Assembly: GCF_963921235.1 (NCBI RefSeq)
Contig: NC_086100.1
Span: 201,502,001 to 201,566,000, forward strand
Direction of reading: 5' to 3'
Length of the DNA: 64,000 bases
From: Mobula hypostoma
Lineage: Eukaryota
The position numbers were made by a program, and so were the translations under genes. Under the pieces are notes generated by a model. The model did no database searches. It saw nothing but the letters and a program-made list of their open reading frames with translations, and was not told the DNA's origin. This document shows positions 25,565 to 38,622 of this stretch, in pieces (positions within the stretch are counted from its first letter, which is position 1; each line of letters starts with the position of its first letter).

Positions 25565-26250
25565 CATCATTCTCCATAGCTTCCACTATCTCCAATGAGA
25601 TTCTACCTCTGAACTATATTCTGCCGCACCCTCTCTTCTGCTTTCCGTAGGAATTGCTCTCTATTTGACTCTCTTGACCACTTCACCACTACATTGATGA
25701 GACTTGATGCATATCAGTGTCTGCTCTGTCAGGCTTGTTCACGCTGTCACAAAATATAGGCTTTCCTGCTGGTTATGCATTTCAATTTGTCTTCTCATTC
25801 TCATTTCCTCCTCTACTGCCACGATGAAGCCAAATTCAGGTTGGAGGAGCAACCTCTCATGTTCTGTCTGGGTAGCTTCCAACCTGATGGCATGAACATC
25901 AATTTTGCTATTTTTCTAACCTTCGGTAATTTCTCCCCCCCCCCCCCACCCCTCTTCCCTTTCCATTCTCTATTCTGGTTCCCCTTCTTCTCTTTCTTCA
26001 ACGGTCCACTGTCCTCTCCTGAAGGAAGTATCTTCAGCCCTTTGCCTTTTCCACCTATCGCCTCCCATCTTCTCACTTCTTCCCACCCACCTTCTCCCCT
26101 ACCTGGTCTCACCTATCATCTGCCAGTTTGTACACCTTCCCCTCCCCACACCACCTTGCTCTGGCTTCTTACCTTTTCTCTTCCAGTTCTGATGAAGGAT
26201 ATCAGGTCAAAGCATTGGGATTTTATTCATTTCCATAGATGCTGCCTATG
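25565..26250 (+). mobile_element. Penelope-like element fragment
   Basis: EAKFRLEEQPLMFCLGSFQPDGMNI C-terminal motif and the shared 3' region. Confidence 0.75.
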
Positions 26251-26544
26251 TTGCACAAGCATGCCTTGCATCTTTTTTCACCACCTCATCTCAATGCCAC
26301 TTTCATGCTCTTGAACCCTAGATCCCTCTGTACATATACTGTATAATTTCCTAATATACATATACTTCTCTTGGCACTTGCCTGCATTAAATTCTATTTG
26401 CCATTTCTCCATCCAAATTTTCAAGTATTTTTGGTCTATTGTTAGGCTACAGTTGATTTATATATTGTCAATGAAGTGTGGTATGAAAGTGTAAATTTTT
26501 TTAAAAGATGGGTCTTTTAAAGTGTAGACTGTCTTATCCTTCAG

Positions 26545-26622
26545 GTCTGCATCAACAAAGTGTGCCGTAATGTGGCTGGTTTCGGTGTTGCCAAGTGCAA
26601 CAAGTACTGCAGTGGCCATGGG
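26545..26622 (+). CDS. ADAM exon, end of cysteine-rich domain and start of EGF-like domain
   Basis: Acceptor tcttatccttcag and donor GGG|gtaagt. 78 nt, phase 0 to 0. Encodes VCINKVCRNVAGFGVAKCNKYCSGHG and continues the previous exon in frame. Not in the supplied ORF track. Confidence 0.93.
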
Positions 26623-26767
26623 GTAAGTGCAACAAAAGATACTTCTCCTGTATTCTTGATCCAACTGAGCCATAAGGAATGACCTCTAAAAACACGGCCC
26701 TTCTAAATCATCAGATTTGAGTTTGTAAAGCCCCAGGTATAACTGGGAAAAGAGAAAGAAGATATTA

Positions 26768-27180
26768 ATAGAAACCATAGAACCATAGAAACTACAGCAC
26801 AGAAACAGGCCTTTTGGCCCTTCTTGGCTGTGCCGAACCATTTTCTGCCTAGTCCCACTGACCTGCACACAGACCATATCCCTCCATACACCTCCCATCC
26901 ATGTATCTGTCCAATTTATTCTTAAATGTTAAAAAAGAACCTGCATTTACCACCTCATCTGGCAGCTCATTCCATACTCCCACCACTCTCTGTGTGAAGA
27001 AGCCCCCCCTAATGTTCCCTTTAAACTTTTCCCCCCTCATCGTTAACCCATGTCCTCTGGTTTTTTTCTCCCCTTGCCTCAGTGGAAGAAGCCTGCTTGC
27101 ATTCACTCTATCTATACCCATCATAATTTTATATACCTCTATCAAATCTCCCCTCATTCTTCTATGCTCCAGGGAATGAA
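26768..27180 (-). mobile_element. Young CR1 3' end, same subfamily as 13792-16280
   Basis: Near-identical reverse complement of about 15870-16280. The ORF ends MEGYGLCAGQWD. Confidence 0.92.
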
Positions 27181-27645
27181 GTCCTGGTATTATTCTGGTA
27201 TTATGATGACATGAGTCTAAAAACAGATCAGCTTTTGCCAAAGTCACAGATGGCAAGCTGGATTTTAAAAAAAATATGAGAATCCATGGGAGACAATTGT
27301 TCCTGAAACATTGAATATGTGTCTTCAGGCTCCTGTACCTCCAACTTGATAGTAAAAATGAGAAGAGGGCATGTCCTGGGTGATAGAGGTCCTTAACGAT
27401 AGATGCTGCTTTTTTGAGGTATCACCTTATGAACATGTCCCGGATGGGGGAGGCTACTCCCATGGTGGAGCTGTCTCATTTCAATCCTGTGCAGTGGCGT
27501 CTCCATGAGTAATGCAATCAGAATGCTCTCCACAGTACATCTGTAGAAATGTGCGAGTGTTTTTGGTGACATACAAATTCTCCTCAAGCGTTGTGCTGCT
27601 GTAGTGCCTTCTTTGTAATTTCATCAATATGTTAGACCCAGAATA

Positions 27646-28129
27646 CGAGGGATGATTGATAAGTTCATGGCCTAAGGTAGACGGAGTCAATTTTACAAAA
27701 CCTAGCACATTTATTTTTCCTACATTTATACACTTAGTCCAGTGGTTGTGGAGCATACAGATCCCCTCTTTGTAGAAGTCGGCGTCTTGGACCTCCAGAA
27801 AGTGGTCCACAGCAGCGATGATTGATAAGTTTGTAGCCTAAGGTAGAAGGAGATGAGTTATTAACTTCAAATTTTCTACATTTTCACAGAAAGAGTTGGA
27901 CTGTACGTGCATGTAACAAGAGCTGTATAACTCATCTCCTTCTACCTTAGGCCACGAACTTATCAATCACCCCTGCTGTAGACCACTTCCACAAAGAAGG
28001 GATCTGTATGCTTCATGACTGCCGGACTATGTGCTTACATGTAGGAGGGGACTGTATTGAAAAATAAATGTGCTAGGTTTTCTAAAATCGACTCCTACCT
28101 TGGGCCACAAATTTATCAATCACCCCTCG
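27646..28129. mobile_element. Mariner-derived palindromic MITE inside a Rex1 fragment (about 27290-28345, -)
   Basis: TA|CGAGGGATGATTGATAAGTT ... TTATCAATCACCCCTCG termini. The arms carry a mariner C-terminal remnant (DFYKEGICMLHNHWTKCINVG). Confidence 0.85.
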
Positions 28130-28869
28130 CAGATCCTCAGAGATGTTGACACCCAGGAACTTGAAACTACTCACCCTTTCCACTGCTAATCTCTTGAGGA
28201 GGACTGGTGTGTGTTCCCTCGACTTTACCTTCCTGAAATCCAAAACCAATTCCTTGGTCTTACTGATGTTAAATGCAGTGTTGTTGCTGTGACACCACTG
28301 ATGACAACCAGCTGATCTATCTTGCTCCTGTATGCCTCCTCATTATCATCTGAAATTAATTACCATTATGAAGCTTGCAGATTCAGGTGAGAAAGCAGGC
28401 AGGGAACATCAAATGGAGACCGTCTTTGTTGTTATAACTGTGACTTTTTCCAACTTGTATCAATTGATTTCAGCTGACAGGAAAAGAGCTACTGTTCAAT
28501 TGTAGAAAAGTGCAGATTGAGATTTACAGTATGGCTTTTTCACAGTGGATCTCAGTATGGTGAATGAGGGAACTGCAGTGACTTAAGGTCCAAAGTTCCA
28601 GGGAATCTTCTCAACATTGATCAATGTAGACATAGAAGAACAAAGAAAACCCACTGCACAATACAGCCCACAAAGCTGTGCCAAACACGTCCTGAAATCA
28701 CTCATGTCCTGACATGAGCATATTCACCACCTTCCCTTCCTGAAGTCAGTGACAGCCTCCTTTGTTTTACTGATTCGAGGGGAAGGTTGCTCTCTATCTC
28801 CATCCTGTACTCTAACTCATCGTTACTTAAGACACATGCCACTGCAGTAGTGTTGGTTCTCTTGAAAAA

Positions 28870-29610
28870 TGTTAAGGTGGATAACTCCCCAGATTATTCA
28901 GAGAGGTATGAGAGGAGATTGCTGAGCTCTTGATCAATATCTTTGTGGTATGCTCATTGAGAATGTTAAAGTGCAGAGGATGTATGGTGACTTGGCTGCT
29001 TTGATGCAGATTGGTTTGCCCAGGAAAGAGAGTGGAGCGGGCGATAGGTTTGAGGTCCATAATGTATTGGAAGGATGTCGGAGGAGGTTTACCCGGATGC
29101 TGCCTGGATTAGATGTGCTATAACGAGAGATTAGACAAAGTAGGGTTGTTTTCTCTGGAATGGTGGAGACTCGGGGGAGAGAAGCTTAAAATGATGAGTG
29201 GTATAGATAGAGTAAACAGCCCACATCTTTTTCCCAGATTTGAAATGTTTAATGATAGAGGCCATGCATTTAAGGCGAGAGGAGAAATTTGAATGTACAC
29301 AGTCTGTCCTAAAGTTGGGGAATCAAGATTTAGAGGACATAGGTTTAAGTTTAAATAGGAGAGATTTAACAGAAGCCCAAGGGAAGCCTTTTCATACAGA
29401 TTGCAGTCTAGATATGGAATGAGCAGCCAGAAATAGTGGTTGAAGCAGGTATATAACCAATATTTAAAAGACACTTAGACAGGTAAATGGTTAAGAGAGA
29501 TATAGAGGGAAATGAGCCAAATGTGGGCAAAAAAGGGATGTGTTTAGATTTACATCTTAGTCGGCATGAACCGTTTGGGCTGAAGGGCCTTTTTCTGTGC
29601 TGTATGACTC
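28870..29610 (+). mobile_element. Degraded CR1 fragments
   Basis: Scattered ORF2 and 3'UTR similarity to the other CR1 copies. Confidence 0.65.
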
Positions 29611-29764
29611 CACAGCTCTATAATTGATAGTTGGTAAAGATTAACCTACTGCTACCATTTCATCCAAAGCTTCAAAATATAAAATATGCATGGTTACATA
29701 TTACCAGTTTTAACACTTGTAATAAGGATTGTTTAATCAATAGTTTTGGATTTTATCATCTTAG

Positions 29765-29879
29765 GTGTGTAATAATAATGATGCATGCTACTGTGACCCT
29801 GGCTGGGCTCCCCCAAACTGCACCTCTGCAGGACAAGGTGGTAGTATGAACAGTGTAACATGGTTTTCCCAGCAGCCAG
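29765..29879 (+). CDS. ADAM exon, EGF-like domain
   Basis: Acceptor ttttatcatcttag and donor CAG|gtaggt. 115 nt, phase 0 to 1. Encodes VCNNNDACYCDPGWAPPNCTSAGQGGSMNSVTWFSQQP, the ADAM VCN...C.C..GWAPP.C....GGS..S motif. Confidence 0.95.
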
Positions 29880-30114
29880 GTAGGTGTCCAATGGTGTAAT
29901 CTCTGATTTGCTAAAGACTGTTGCCTTATATAACCCTTCTTGCAGCCTCTGTTCTTCATGTTTTCATGTACTGACCACACTCAGGTGGTGTGGTGACACA
30001 GCTGTAGGGCTGCTGCATTGTTGCACCAACTCAGATTCGATGCAACTCTACTATGCTGACTGTGACTGCATGGGTTTACTCTGCATGCTTTGGTTCCCAC
30101 CCACATCCCAGATA

Positions 30115-30589
30115 CACTCAGTACCTCCTCGACCTAATAAAGTTGCCTCTGACTGTATGTTTGTGATCTTCTGGTGCTGTAGCCCATCTACTTCAAGGTT
30201 TGATGTGCTGTGTGTTATTTGAGTTACTATCACCTTCCTGTTAGCTTGAACCAGTCTGGCCATTCTCCTCTGACCTCTCTCATTAAAAAGGCATTTTCAC
30301 CCTCAGAACTGCCACTCATTGGATGGTTTTTATTTTTCACACCATTCTCTGTAAAGTCTAGAGATTGTTGTATGTGAAAATCCCAGGAGACCACCCTTTC
30401 TGGGACCAACATTCATTCCACGGTCAAAGTCACTTAGATCACATTTCTTCCCCATTCTGATGTTTGGTCTGAACAACAACTGAACCTCTTAACCATGTCT
30501 ACATGCTTTTATGCATTGAGTTGCTGCAACATAATACTTGCATTAACGAGCAGGTATATAAGGGTACCTAATAAAGTGGCCACTAAGTG
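30115..30589 (-). mobile_element. Non-autonomous Tc1-like element within a degraded V-SINE
   Basis: TA|CACTCAGT start and CCTAATAAAGTGGCCACTAAGTG end. Minus-strand transposase remnant MARLVQANRKVIVTQIT. Confidence 0.75.
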
Positions 30590-30614
30590 TGTATGCAGGT
30601 TGGGATGTAATTAT

Positions 30615-31413
30615 TGTTACGTACCCCGAAACTGGGTTGCCAAACCAGCAGAAATGGAACGCTCGTTGGAGTCTGTGATTACTAGGAACTAATAAAGTTT
30701 TATTAAAGAAATAAGTAATACAGTACACTAATTGCAAGGATATAAATGTAACAGGTTAGCAATGATAATACACACATATACACAGAAACAGGGTAATAGG
30801 AATCAACCAAGCTCTATCGCAGTCTAGGGGTAAAATGATCAGTCTTAAGTGAAGCAGGGTTCAGTTCAGTTTAGTGCAGTTCGAAGTAGTCGCTGTTGTT
30901 GTACCGTTGGAGAGAGAGTGAGAGATGCAGCTGGTTTCAGGCAGACCTTTTGATGTCTTCTAATCCCACTGTGGTCACCGACTGTGACCCCTCCGTTCCG
31001 GATACGATCGTTCTACCGCGGTGAACCCGGCACCCAGGCAAGGGCGGACACACACCCCAGGTTCCCACCGATCGTACCTTTACACCCTGTGAGCCTCTGA
31101 TCGGTTCCCGCGAACCAGTCCTCCACACTCCCACCAACTTGCGGGGTTACACTGCTCTTTCCAGGGTCGCATGGCGTGTCTCATGCCTTAGCAAACCTGC
31201 TCTTTTTATCCCCCTGCTGGGGTATCACCTGTCCATCAAACTTCAAACAGTTCAGGTTCAAAGCAACCGGTCTGTCAATATCTGAATTGTGTTTCTTTCT
31301 CGTTAATCTCTCTCTTCTCTCTTATTAGTATTTTGAATGTTTCTCCATTGTCTTCCGTTATCTCTCTCATTAGCATCATCCGTCCGGTAGCTCTGCTTGG
31401 CACACACATGACA
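30615..31413 (-). mobile_element. Solo LTR (4-bp TSD family)
   Basis: TGTTAC...ATGACA termini with TSD TTAT (30611-30614, 31414-31417). Reverse-complement homolog of 36491-37398. Confidence 0.88.
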
Positions 31414-31774
31414 TTATTAACTAAGTTACCCCTAGTATAGGTGAATTGTCGAATCTGGAGGGAATTAATGGGAATGTTATGAGAGTAAAAGAAAAATGGA
31501 TTTGATACAGTGAGCCCTGAGGATTGACACCAACTCAAGAAGAAAGAATGTAGAAGTAGGAGCAACCACCAGGTCCTTTAATTCTACCCTGCCATTCATC
31601 TTTCAACGCCTCTCTGTGTCAGGTTTCCACCTTGAGACCTGGGAATTCCGTTGATTTTTTAACCACTAACAGAAGAAATTTTTATGCACCTCAGTGTTAA
31701 ACTGTCCAGCCCTTTATCCTGTGCCTAGTGTTCCTTTATAGACATACAATCAATCTATTTATATAAACTATCTT

Positions 31775-32860
31775 ATAAGACCATAAGATACAGGAGCAGA
31801 ATTAGGCCATTTGGCCCATTGAGTCTACTCTGCCATTTCATCATGGCTAATCCATTTTTCCTCTCAGTCCCAGTTTCCTGCCTCCCCCCCCCCGCCCCCA
31901 TATCCCTTCATGCCCTGACCAATCAAGACTCTGTCAATATGTGCCTTAAATATACATCTTTATGTATATTTAAGTCTTTACTTGGCCTCCACAGGTGCCT
32001 GTGGCAAAGAATTCCATAGACTCACCACTCTCTGGCTAAATAAATTCCTCCTCATATCCATTCTAAAAGGATGCCCCTCTATTTTGAAGCTGTGTCCTCT
32101 GGTCTTAGACTTTTGCCCCATAGGAATCATCCTCTCCACATCCACTCTATCAAGGCCTTTCACCATTCGATAGGTTTCAATGAGATCACCCCTCATTCTT
32201 CTGAATTCCAGTAAATACAGGCCCAGAGCCATCAAACACTCTTCATATGACAAGCCATTCAATCCTGGAAGCATTTTCGTGAGTCTCCTTTGAACTCTCT
32301 CCAGTTTCAGCACATCATTTCTAAGATAAGAGCCCCAAACCTGCTCTCAATACTCCAAGTGAGGCCTCACCAGTGCTTTCCAAAGTCTCAGCAATACATC
32401 CTTGCCGTTACATCCTAGTCCTCTTGAAATGAATGCTAATATTGCATTTGCCTTCCTCACCACAAATTCAACCTGCGAATTAACCTTTAGGAAATCCTGC
32501 ACAAACTCCTAAGTCCCTTTGACCCTCAATTTTTTTATTTTCTCTCCATTTAGAAAATAGTCAACCTTTTCACTTCTTCTACCAAATTGCATGACCATAC
32601 ACTTGCCAACAATGTATTCCATCTGCCATTTCTTTGCCCTTTCTCCCTATCTGTCTAAGTCCTTCTGTAGCCTCTGTACTTCCTCAAAACTATCTGCCCC
32701 TCCACCTATCTTCATATTGTCTACAAACTTTGCAACAAAGCCATGAATTCATCATCCAAATCATTTATTTCTAACATAAGATGAATTGATCCCAATACAG
32801 ACACTTGTGGAACACCACTAGTCACTGGCAGCCAACCAGAAAAGGCTCCCTTTATTCCCA
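31775..32860 (-). mobile_element. CR1 3' fragment
   Basis: ORF 31978-32313 (-) is the CR1 C-terminus, with a cttataagaccataaga tail. Confidence 0.88.
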
Positions 32861-33740
32861 CTCAAGGTTGGCCCTTTCAAGGTTGTGAGGAAAATAAATC
32901 TGGTTAGCTACCAACTCAAGTTGCCTCGATCCGTGAAAATTGACCTCACTTTCCATGTGTCCCTCCTGTGGTCTGTAACCAATTTCCCCCTGGCCCTGAA
33001 GCTCGACCCCATCCCCCATTCTACAATATCGATGGTCAGTCTGCCAACCACTGGACTCCTGCATGGCCCACAGACAACTTCAGTACCCGGTGGATTGGGA
33101 GATGTATGGGCCGGAGGAACATTGCTGGGTCCTAGCTTGGAAAGTATTGGACCCGGAATTGACTAAGAACTTTTGTCATCGACCCAACCATCTTTGGGGG
33201 AGAGAAGTATCAGAAGGTGTGCCTAGGAGTGGAGGGTGGCGCAGTCAGGAATTCAGGGTCCATCCCACAGTTGGCCACTGGAAGCCCTCAGTGAGCTTCT
33301 GTTTTTTAAACATTGACACTTTGCTGTATTACTTGTATGGTAATTGACTACACCTGTGCCTAGTTATTCTGAGTATTTAAGGTGTGTGAATTCTGTTGTT
33401 CTTTGCTTGGTCTTTGAGCCAACACTTGAATGGGGGCCTGTCTTATAATCCAGTGGTATATCCCTTTCAAGTGTTTTTTTGTTTGGCCCATGCCTTGCTA
33501 TTTTTGTATTTTGGACCTGTTTTATTTTTGAACTTAGGATTTAGTCTGTTGTGTTTTTAGGAAAAGCTTGCCTGTTTCTTTTTGACTTCTGTTTTTTGTT
33601 ATATTGAACCACTGCCCAGCCTTCCGATTTGGATTATTGCCTTTGTTTTGGAATTGTGCTGGAAAAGCAAAATATCCAGTGAAGTACCTGTCTGAATATT
33701 CATTCTGGCCTGGGTTCATTTCTCACTCAACCCCTTGAGT
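32861..33740 (+). mobile_element. Old Gypsy chromovirus 3' fragment (integrase C-terminus, chromodomain, PPT, degraded LTR)
   Basis: [19 protein letters not shown]...TFHVSLL and [16 protein letters not shown], with a purine tract at about 33226-33240. Confidence 0.8.
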
Positions 33741-33964
33741 ACGGTCATAGACTTCCAGACTGCCACGTCGGAGCACCGGGTTCAACTCAAACAGGTCTTA
33801 TGGACTCCGGAACATGCTGTCTCTGGGGGAGCCATCAGCCTCTGTCCACATTGGTTTGTGTTGGGCATTGTGGCCCAGTCAGTGGATGTCCTATATCTGC
33901 ATAGGTGTCTTTCAAATGCAGATTGGGGACTTAAGACTCGGGCTGGTCACTTGGATTCACTCTA

Positions 33965-35200
33965 AATAGCCTACTGAAGTAACAGGTCTACTACCTCATT
34001 GGCTCTTCACACAACCCTAGAACATCTGGACAGCAAAAGTACATACATCAGGATGTTCTTTATCGATTACATTTAACACCATCATCCCCTCAAAACTAAC
34101 TAGTAAATTCCAAGAACTGGGCCTCAATACCCCCTTGTGCAATTGGATCCTGGATTTCCTCACTTGTAGACCCCAATCAGTTCAGATTGGTTAAAAACAT
34201 CTCCTCCACAATCTCCATCAGCACAGGAGCACCACAGAGATTTGTGCATAGTCCTCTGTTCTGCTCGCTTTAAACCTGTGACTGTCATTAGGTACAGCTC
34301 CAACACAATATACAAGTTTACTGACAACACTACTGTTGTGGGCTGTATCAAAGGGGTGATGAATCAGCATACAGGAGGTTGATTAAAACTTGCCTGAGTG
34401 GTGTGATAGCAACAACCTCTCACTCAATGTCAATAAAACCAAGGAACTGATTATAGACAACAAACAACATCCTGACGAAGGGTCTTGGCCTGAATTGTCG
34501 ACTGTACCGCTTCCTAGAGATGCTGCCTGGCCTGCTGTGTTCACCAGCAACTTTGATGTGTGTTGGTTGAACTGATTATAGACTTCAGGAGAAGGAAACC
34601 AGAGGTCATGAGCCAGTAATCGTCAGAGGATCAGAGGTGGAGAGAGTCAGAAACTTTAAATTCCTGGGTATCACTACTTCAGAGGACCTGTCCTGGACCC
34701 GACCCATCATATAAATATAATTGTGAGGAAAGTACGACAGCGCCCGCACTTCCTCAGGAGTCTGCGGAGATTCAGCATGTCATCAAAACCTGGCAAACTT
34801 CTCTGGATGTTTGGTGGAAAGTGTGCTGACTGGCTGCATTACAGCCTGGTATCCTCACTACCCAGACCATGCTCTTTTCTCACTGCTGCCATCAGGTAGA
34901 AGGTACAGGTTTTTCAGGACCACCATGTTCAAGAACAGTTACTGCCACTCAACCATCAGGCTCTTGTTTAAAAAGGGTTTTCTACACTCTTTTAAGGACT
35001 CCATTATATTGTTATTTTATACTCATTATTTATTGTTATTTATTTATATCTGCATTTGCACAGTTTGTTTACAGTTAACAGATCCCAATGCTTACAGTTA
35101 CTGTTTAATAGATTTGCCAAGTATGCCTGTAGAAAAAGAATCTCAGGGTTGTATGTGGTGACATGTATATACTCTGATAATAAATTTTACTTTGAACTTT
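33965..35200 (+). mobile_element. Rex1/Babar-type LINE fragment with a small Penelope piece (about 34465-34570)
   Basis: [28 protein letters not shown] and ESVLTGCITAWY motifs, with a TTTGAAC tail. Confidence 0.85.
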
Positions 35201-36393
35201 GGGCTCTCCTCCAATTCCCTTACATCTCCATTTTCAACCCCTAACTTCTTACCCTTAACACTCCTGTCTGTCTCCATAGCCATCCCCACAAACCCAAAAA
35301 AAACATCAAACTGAGCCAGAATCTCAACGGAGGTCACAGATCAACACCGTCTTGATCCATGTACTTGGAAACATGCAGTGAAAAGCTGGGAGCAACCCGC
35401 AAGGATGTCCTGTAGTATTAGTCATTATCACCCTGAGAAAAAGGTGCTGGCTGTCCACTCTATCTATGCCTCTTGTAATCTTTTGCATCTCTATCAAGTC
35501 GTCTCTTATTCCCCATCAAAACAAAGAGATAAGCCATAGCTTACTCAAAATTCCATAATAAGACAATTCTCCTTATCCAGGAAGCATCCTGATAGATCTT
35601 CTCTGCACCATCTCTAAACCTTCTCATCCTTCCTATAATGAGGTGATTAGAACTGAACATAATTCTCCAAGTGTGGTCTAACTGCATCCTGGTCTATCAA
35701 GGTTCAAAGTACATTTATTATCAAAGAATGTATAAATTATACAACCTTGAGATTTATTTGCTTACAGGTAGCCACAAAGCAAGAAACTCGAATAACCCAA
35801 TTAAAAAAAAGACCATAACCACTACACTAAGAAGGAGGGGGAAAAATGCTCAACAGACAAACAATAGGTGCAAACAACAGCATATTGAACCAGATTGTGT
35901 CCTTAGATCCACTCCCCCAAGCAGCCAGAGTAGATCCAGGCCTCGATCTCAGTTCATCATATTAGAGGGGCAAACATGCCGAGAAAGTCACAGAGACTAG
36001 TTGCCGGAACAGTCCACAGTCTTGGTGCCACAGAGAGAGGAATGAATAGTGTGGGAGAGCAAGCAAAATCAGCCCAACCCTCATCTCCAGTCCTGACACT
36101 CGTACTTTCCAGTCTACCTGAGCAAGCACGGGGTAGTGCCTCCTCTAGGACCTGCACCCGGCACAGGGACACACACAGGCTGCACATCCCAAAGGCGTTC
36201 TTCATCTCACTAAATTGTCTTGGTTCTTGGAGTGATCCAGCCTCGCACCCAGGTTAGGAGGACGGGCATTGAAACTCTTCCACATCAACTCCTCTCCAAA
36301 TCGTTCACTCCAACAGTGACTCTGTCTGCCATGATATCTTGAACACATTGTGCTTCAGCTTTGTGGTACATCAGTACTGCTTATCCTTCAAAT

Positions 36394-38110
36394 TGACACA
36401 AACCCCGTGACGGGTTAAAGTACCAACAGAAATGGAAAACACTTTGGAGTCCAGTATTGCTATTAACTAATGGTATTTATTAGTAACTACTGTGACAAAA
36501 GAGGGTTACAAAAGTACACATAGATTAAGATGTTAACTGTCCTGTGCTGGCACCAGTGGGATCAACAGTTGATCTGCCACCTGTCTTCAGGAGAAAGAGA
36601 GATAAATAAGACAATGGAGCGGCATTTTGGAAATGTTAATGAAGAGAGAGAGGGTTTAATGGAAGGAGACACCGGTAGGCAAGAGCGGCTCCGTTTGAAC
36701 CCTGAACTGTTTGAAGTGATATGGACAGGCGATACCCCAGCAGGGGGATAAAAAGGGACACGTTCGCTAAGGCAACACACACGACACCACGAGGTAACGA
36801 GACCCCAGAAGCGGTGCACTTCCCGCAAGTCGGGGGGAATTGTTGGAGGTCTGGTCATGGGACCAGCCAGAGACGCACAGGGTAGAAAGGTACGGATCGG
36901 CAGGAACCTGGTGTGTGTGTCCACCCTTGCCTGGGTGCTGGGTTCACTGCGGAAGAACGATCGTATCTGACATGGAGGGATCACAGTCAGTGACTTCAGA
37001 AGACATTACAAAGGGCTCGCCCGAAAGCTGCCTGTGAGCAATATCGAAGGTCTGTTTGGGAATCCGATTTTGAATATTCGTTCGCTCTCTCTCTCTCTCT
37101 CTCCCCCACGGCGACAGTGATTACTGTAAACTGAACTGAACTCAATTGAACTGAATTTTGCGTCACTTTGAAACTGGTCATTTACCCCTAGACGACGATA
37201 GAGCTTGATTGATCCTATTATCCTAGATCTGTGTACATGTGTGTTTATTCATTGCTAACCTGTTGCGTTTGTATCCTTACTATTAGAGTACTGTGTTACT
37301 TGTTTCTTTAATAAAACTTTCTTAGTTCTAGTAATCCACACTCCAACTGAGTGGTCCATTTCTGCTGGTTTGGCAACCCAGTTACGGGGTATGTAACACT
37401 ACGCAATACAGTAAAATAAATGCAGATAAATCAAACAGATTAGCAATGATAAGTAAGTATATCAGTAAGTGTGGAAATATATGAAAACCAAGCTTCTTCA
37501 AGTCTAGGGGTAAATAGATAGTCTTACGATGATGAGTAAAGTTCAGTTCAGTTCGTGGTATTGAGTTGAGTAGTGATGAAGAGAGAGGGAGAGATTTGAG
37601 TCTTCAGATGAGCTGACGCAGTCGATCTTCCCATTGTCCTCCGAAATCCTTTAAAAGTCACCGACTGTGACCACAACAAAGGGGACCGTTCTTCTGTGGT
37701 GGAGCTATCAACCCAGGTGAGGGTTGGACACACAAATAACTTCCCACCGGTCATGCCCTGTTAACACTGCGAGAGCCACTGATCGATCTGCCTAATCAAT
37801 CCTCCAAAACCCACTTTTTCTGTGGGCGCAACAAAGCTCATTCTGTGTCCAAAAACCATGTGTCTCCGGTCTATCATCTGACCTTCTATTTATCTCCCTG
37901 TACTGAGTACCAACTGCCACTCAAACAGCTCCTCCTTTCTCTGTCTGTAAGAACGTACAAGCAGGCAATGTCCTTGGGAAAGTATAAACAAACTGTGAGC
38001 AGTCCTAGTCTCTCTCTCTCTCTTTCTTAAAAACAAGATGTCGGTGTTAAATACCTCTCTCTCTCTTCTCAAAAGCACAGTTCATAGGGGTAATTCAGGA
38101 CCCCGTCACA
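36394..38110 (-). mobile_element. Solo LTR hosting a related solo LTR
   Basis: TG...TCACA termini with an imperfect TSD (aaat/gaat). Shares blocks with 30615-31413 (cagaaatgg, agtctaggggtaaa, gtcaccgactgtgacc). Confidence 0.75.
36491..37398 (+). mobile_element. Solo LTR (4-bp TSD family)
   Basis: TGTGAC...GTAACA termini with TSD CTAC (36487-36490, 37399-37402). TATA-like gataaaa near 36747 and aataaa near 37310. Confidence 0.9.
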
Positions 38111-38622
38111 GAATTAGTTTACCTTCCACTTGCTTCTACATTGCGGTGATAGTTGACCACAATTTACTTCAGAAAAGGTTTTTAGTCATATTTCTTGCCT
38201 TCTGAACTACCAGTAAGCTGTCACACAACTTCAATAGCACTATCTTAAACAGGAAAGCCATCCCCACTATTGAGTACATCTATAAGGAGCGCTTTTGCAG
38301 GAAAGTAGCATCCATCATAAGGGTCTCCCACCACCCAAGCCATGCTGTCTTCTCAAGATGGAGGTACAGAATTCTCAGGACTCGCACCACCAGCTTCAGG
38401 AACAGTTATTACCCCTCAACCATTGGGTTCTTGAACCAGCAGGGATAACTTCACTCAACTTCACTCAAGCAACATTGAACTATTCCCACAACCTATGGAC
38501 TCACTTTCAAGGACTATTCATCTCTGATTCTCAATATTTATTGATTGCTTATTTTTTTATTATTATTTTCCTTTTTGTATTTGCACAGTTTGTTGTCTTT
38601 TGCACATGAGTTCGTCCATTTT

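Noticed and set aside
28381..28386. Possible 6-nt microexon (ttgcag ATTCAG gtgaga)
   Set aside because: It would interrupt the conserved GHG-VCN junction, and the polypyrimidine tract is poor.
33735..33965. RT-like EHRVQLKQVL peptide after the degraded LTR
   Set aside because: The similarity is too short and not flanked by other RT motifs, so it cannot be supported.
38173..38212. Possible extra ADAM exon (ttacttcag...CCA|gtaagc)
   Set aside because: It is 40 nt, phase 1 to 2, which is incompatible with the next phase-1 exon, and the donor context is weak.
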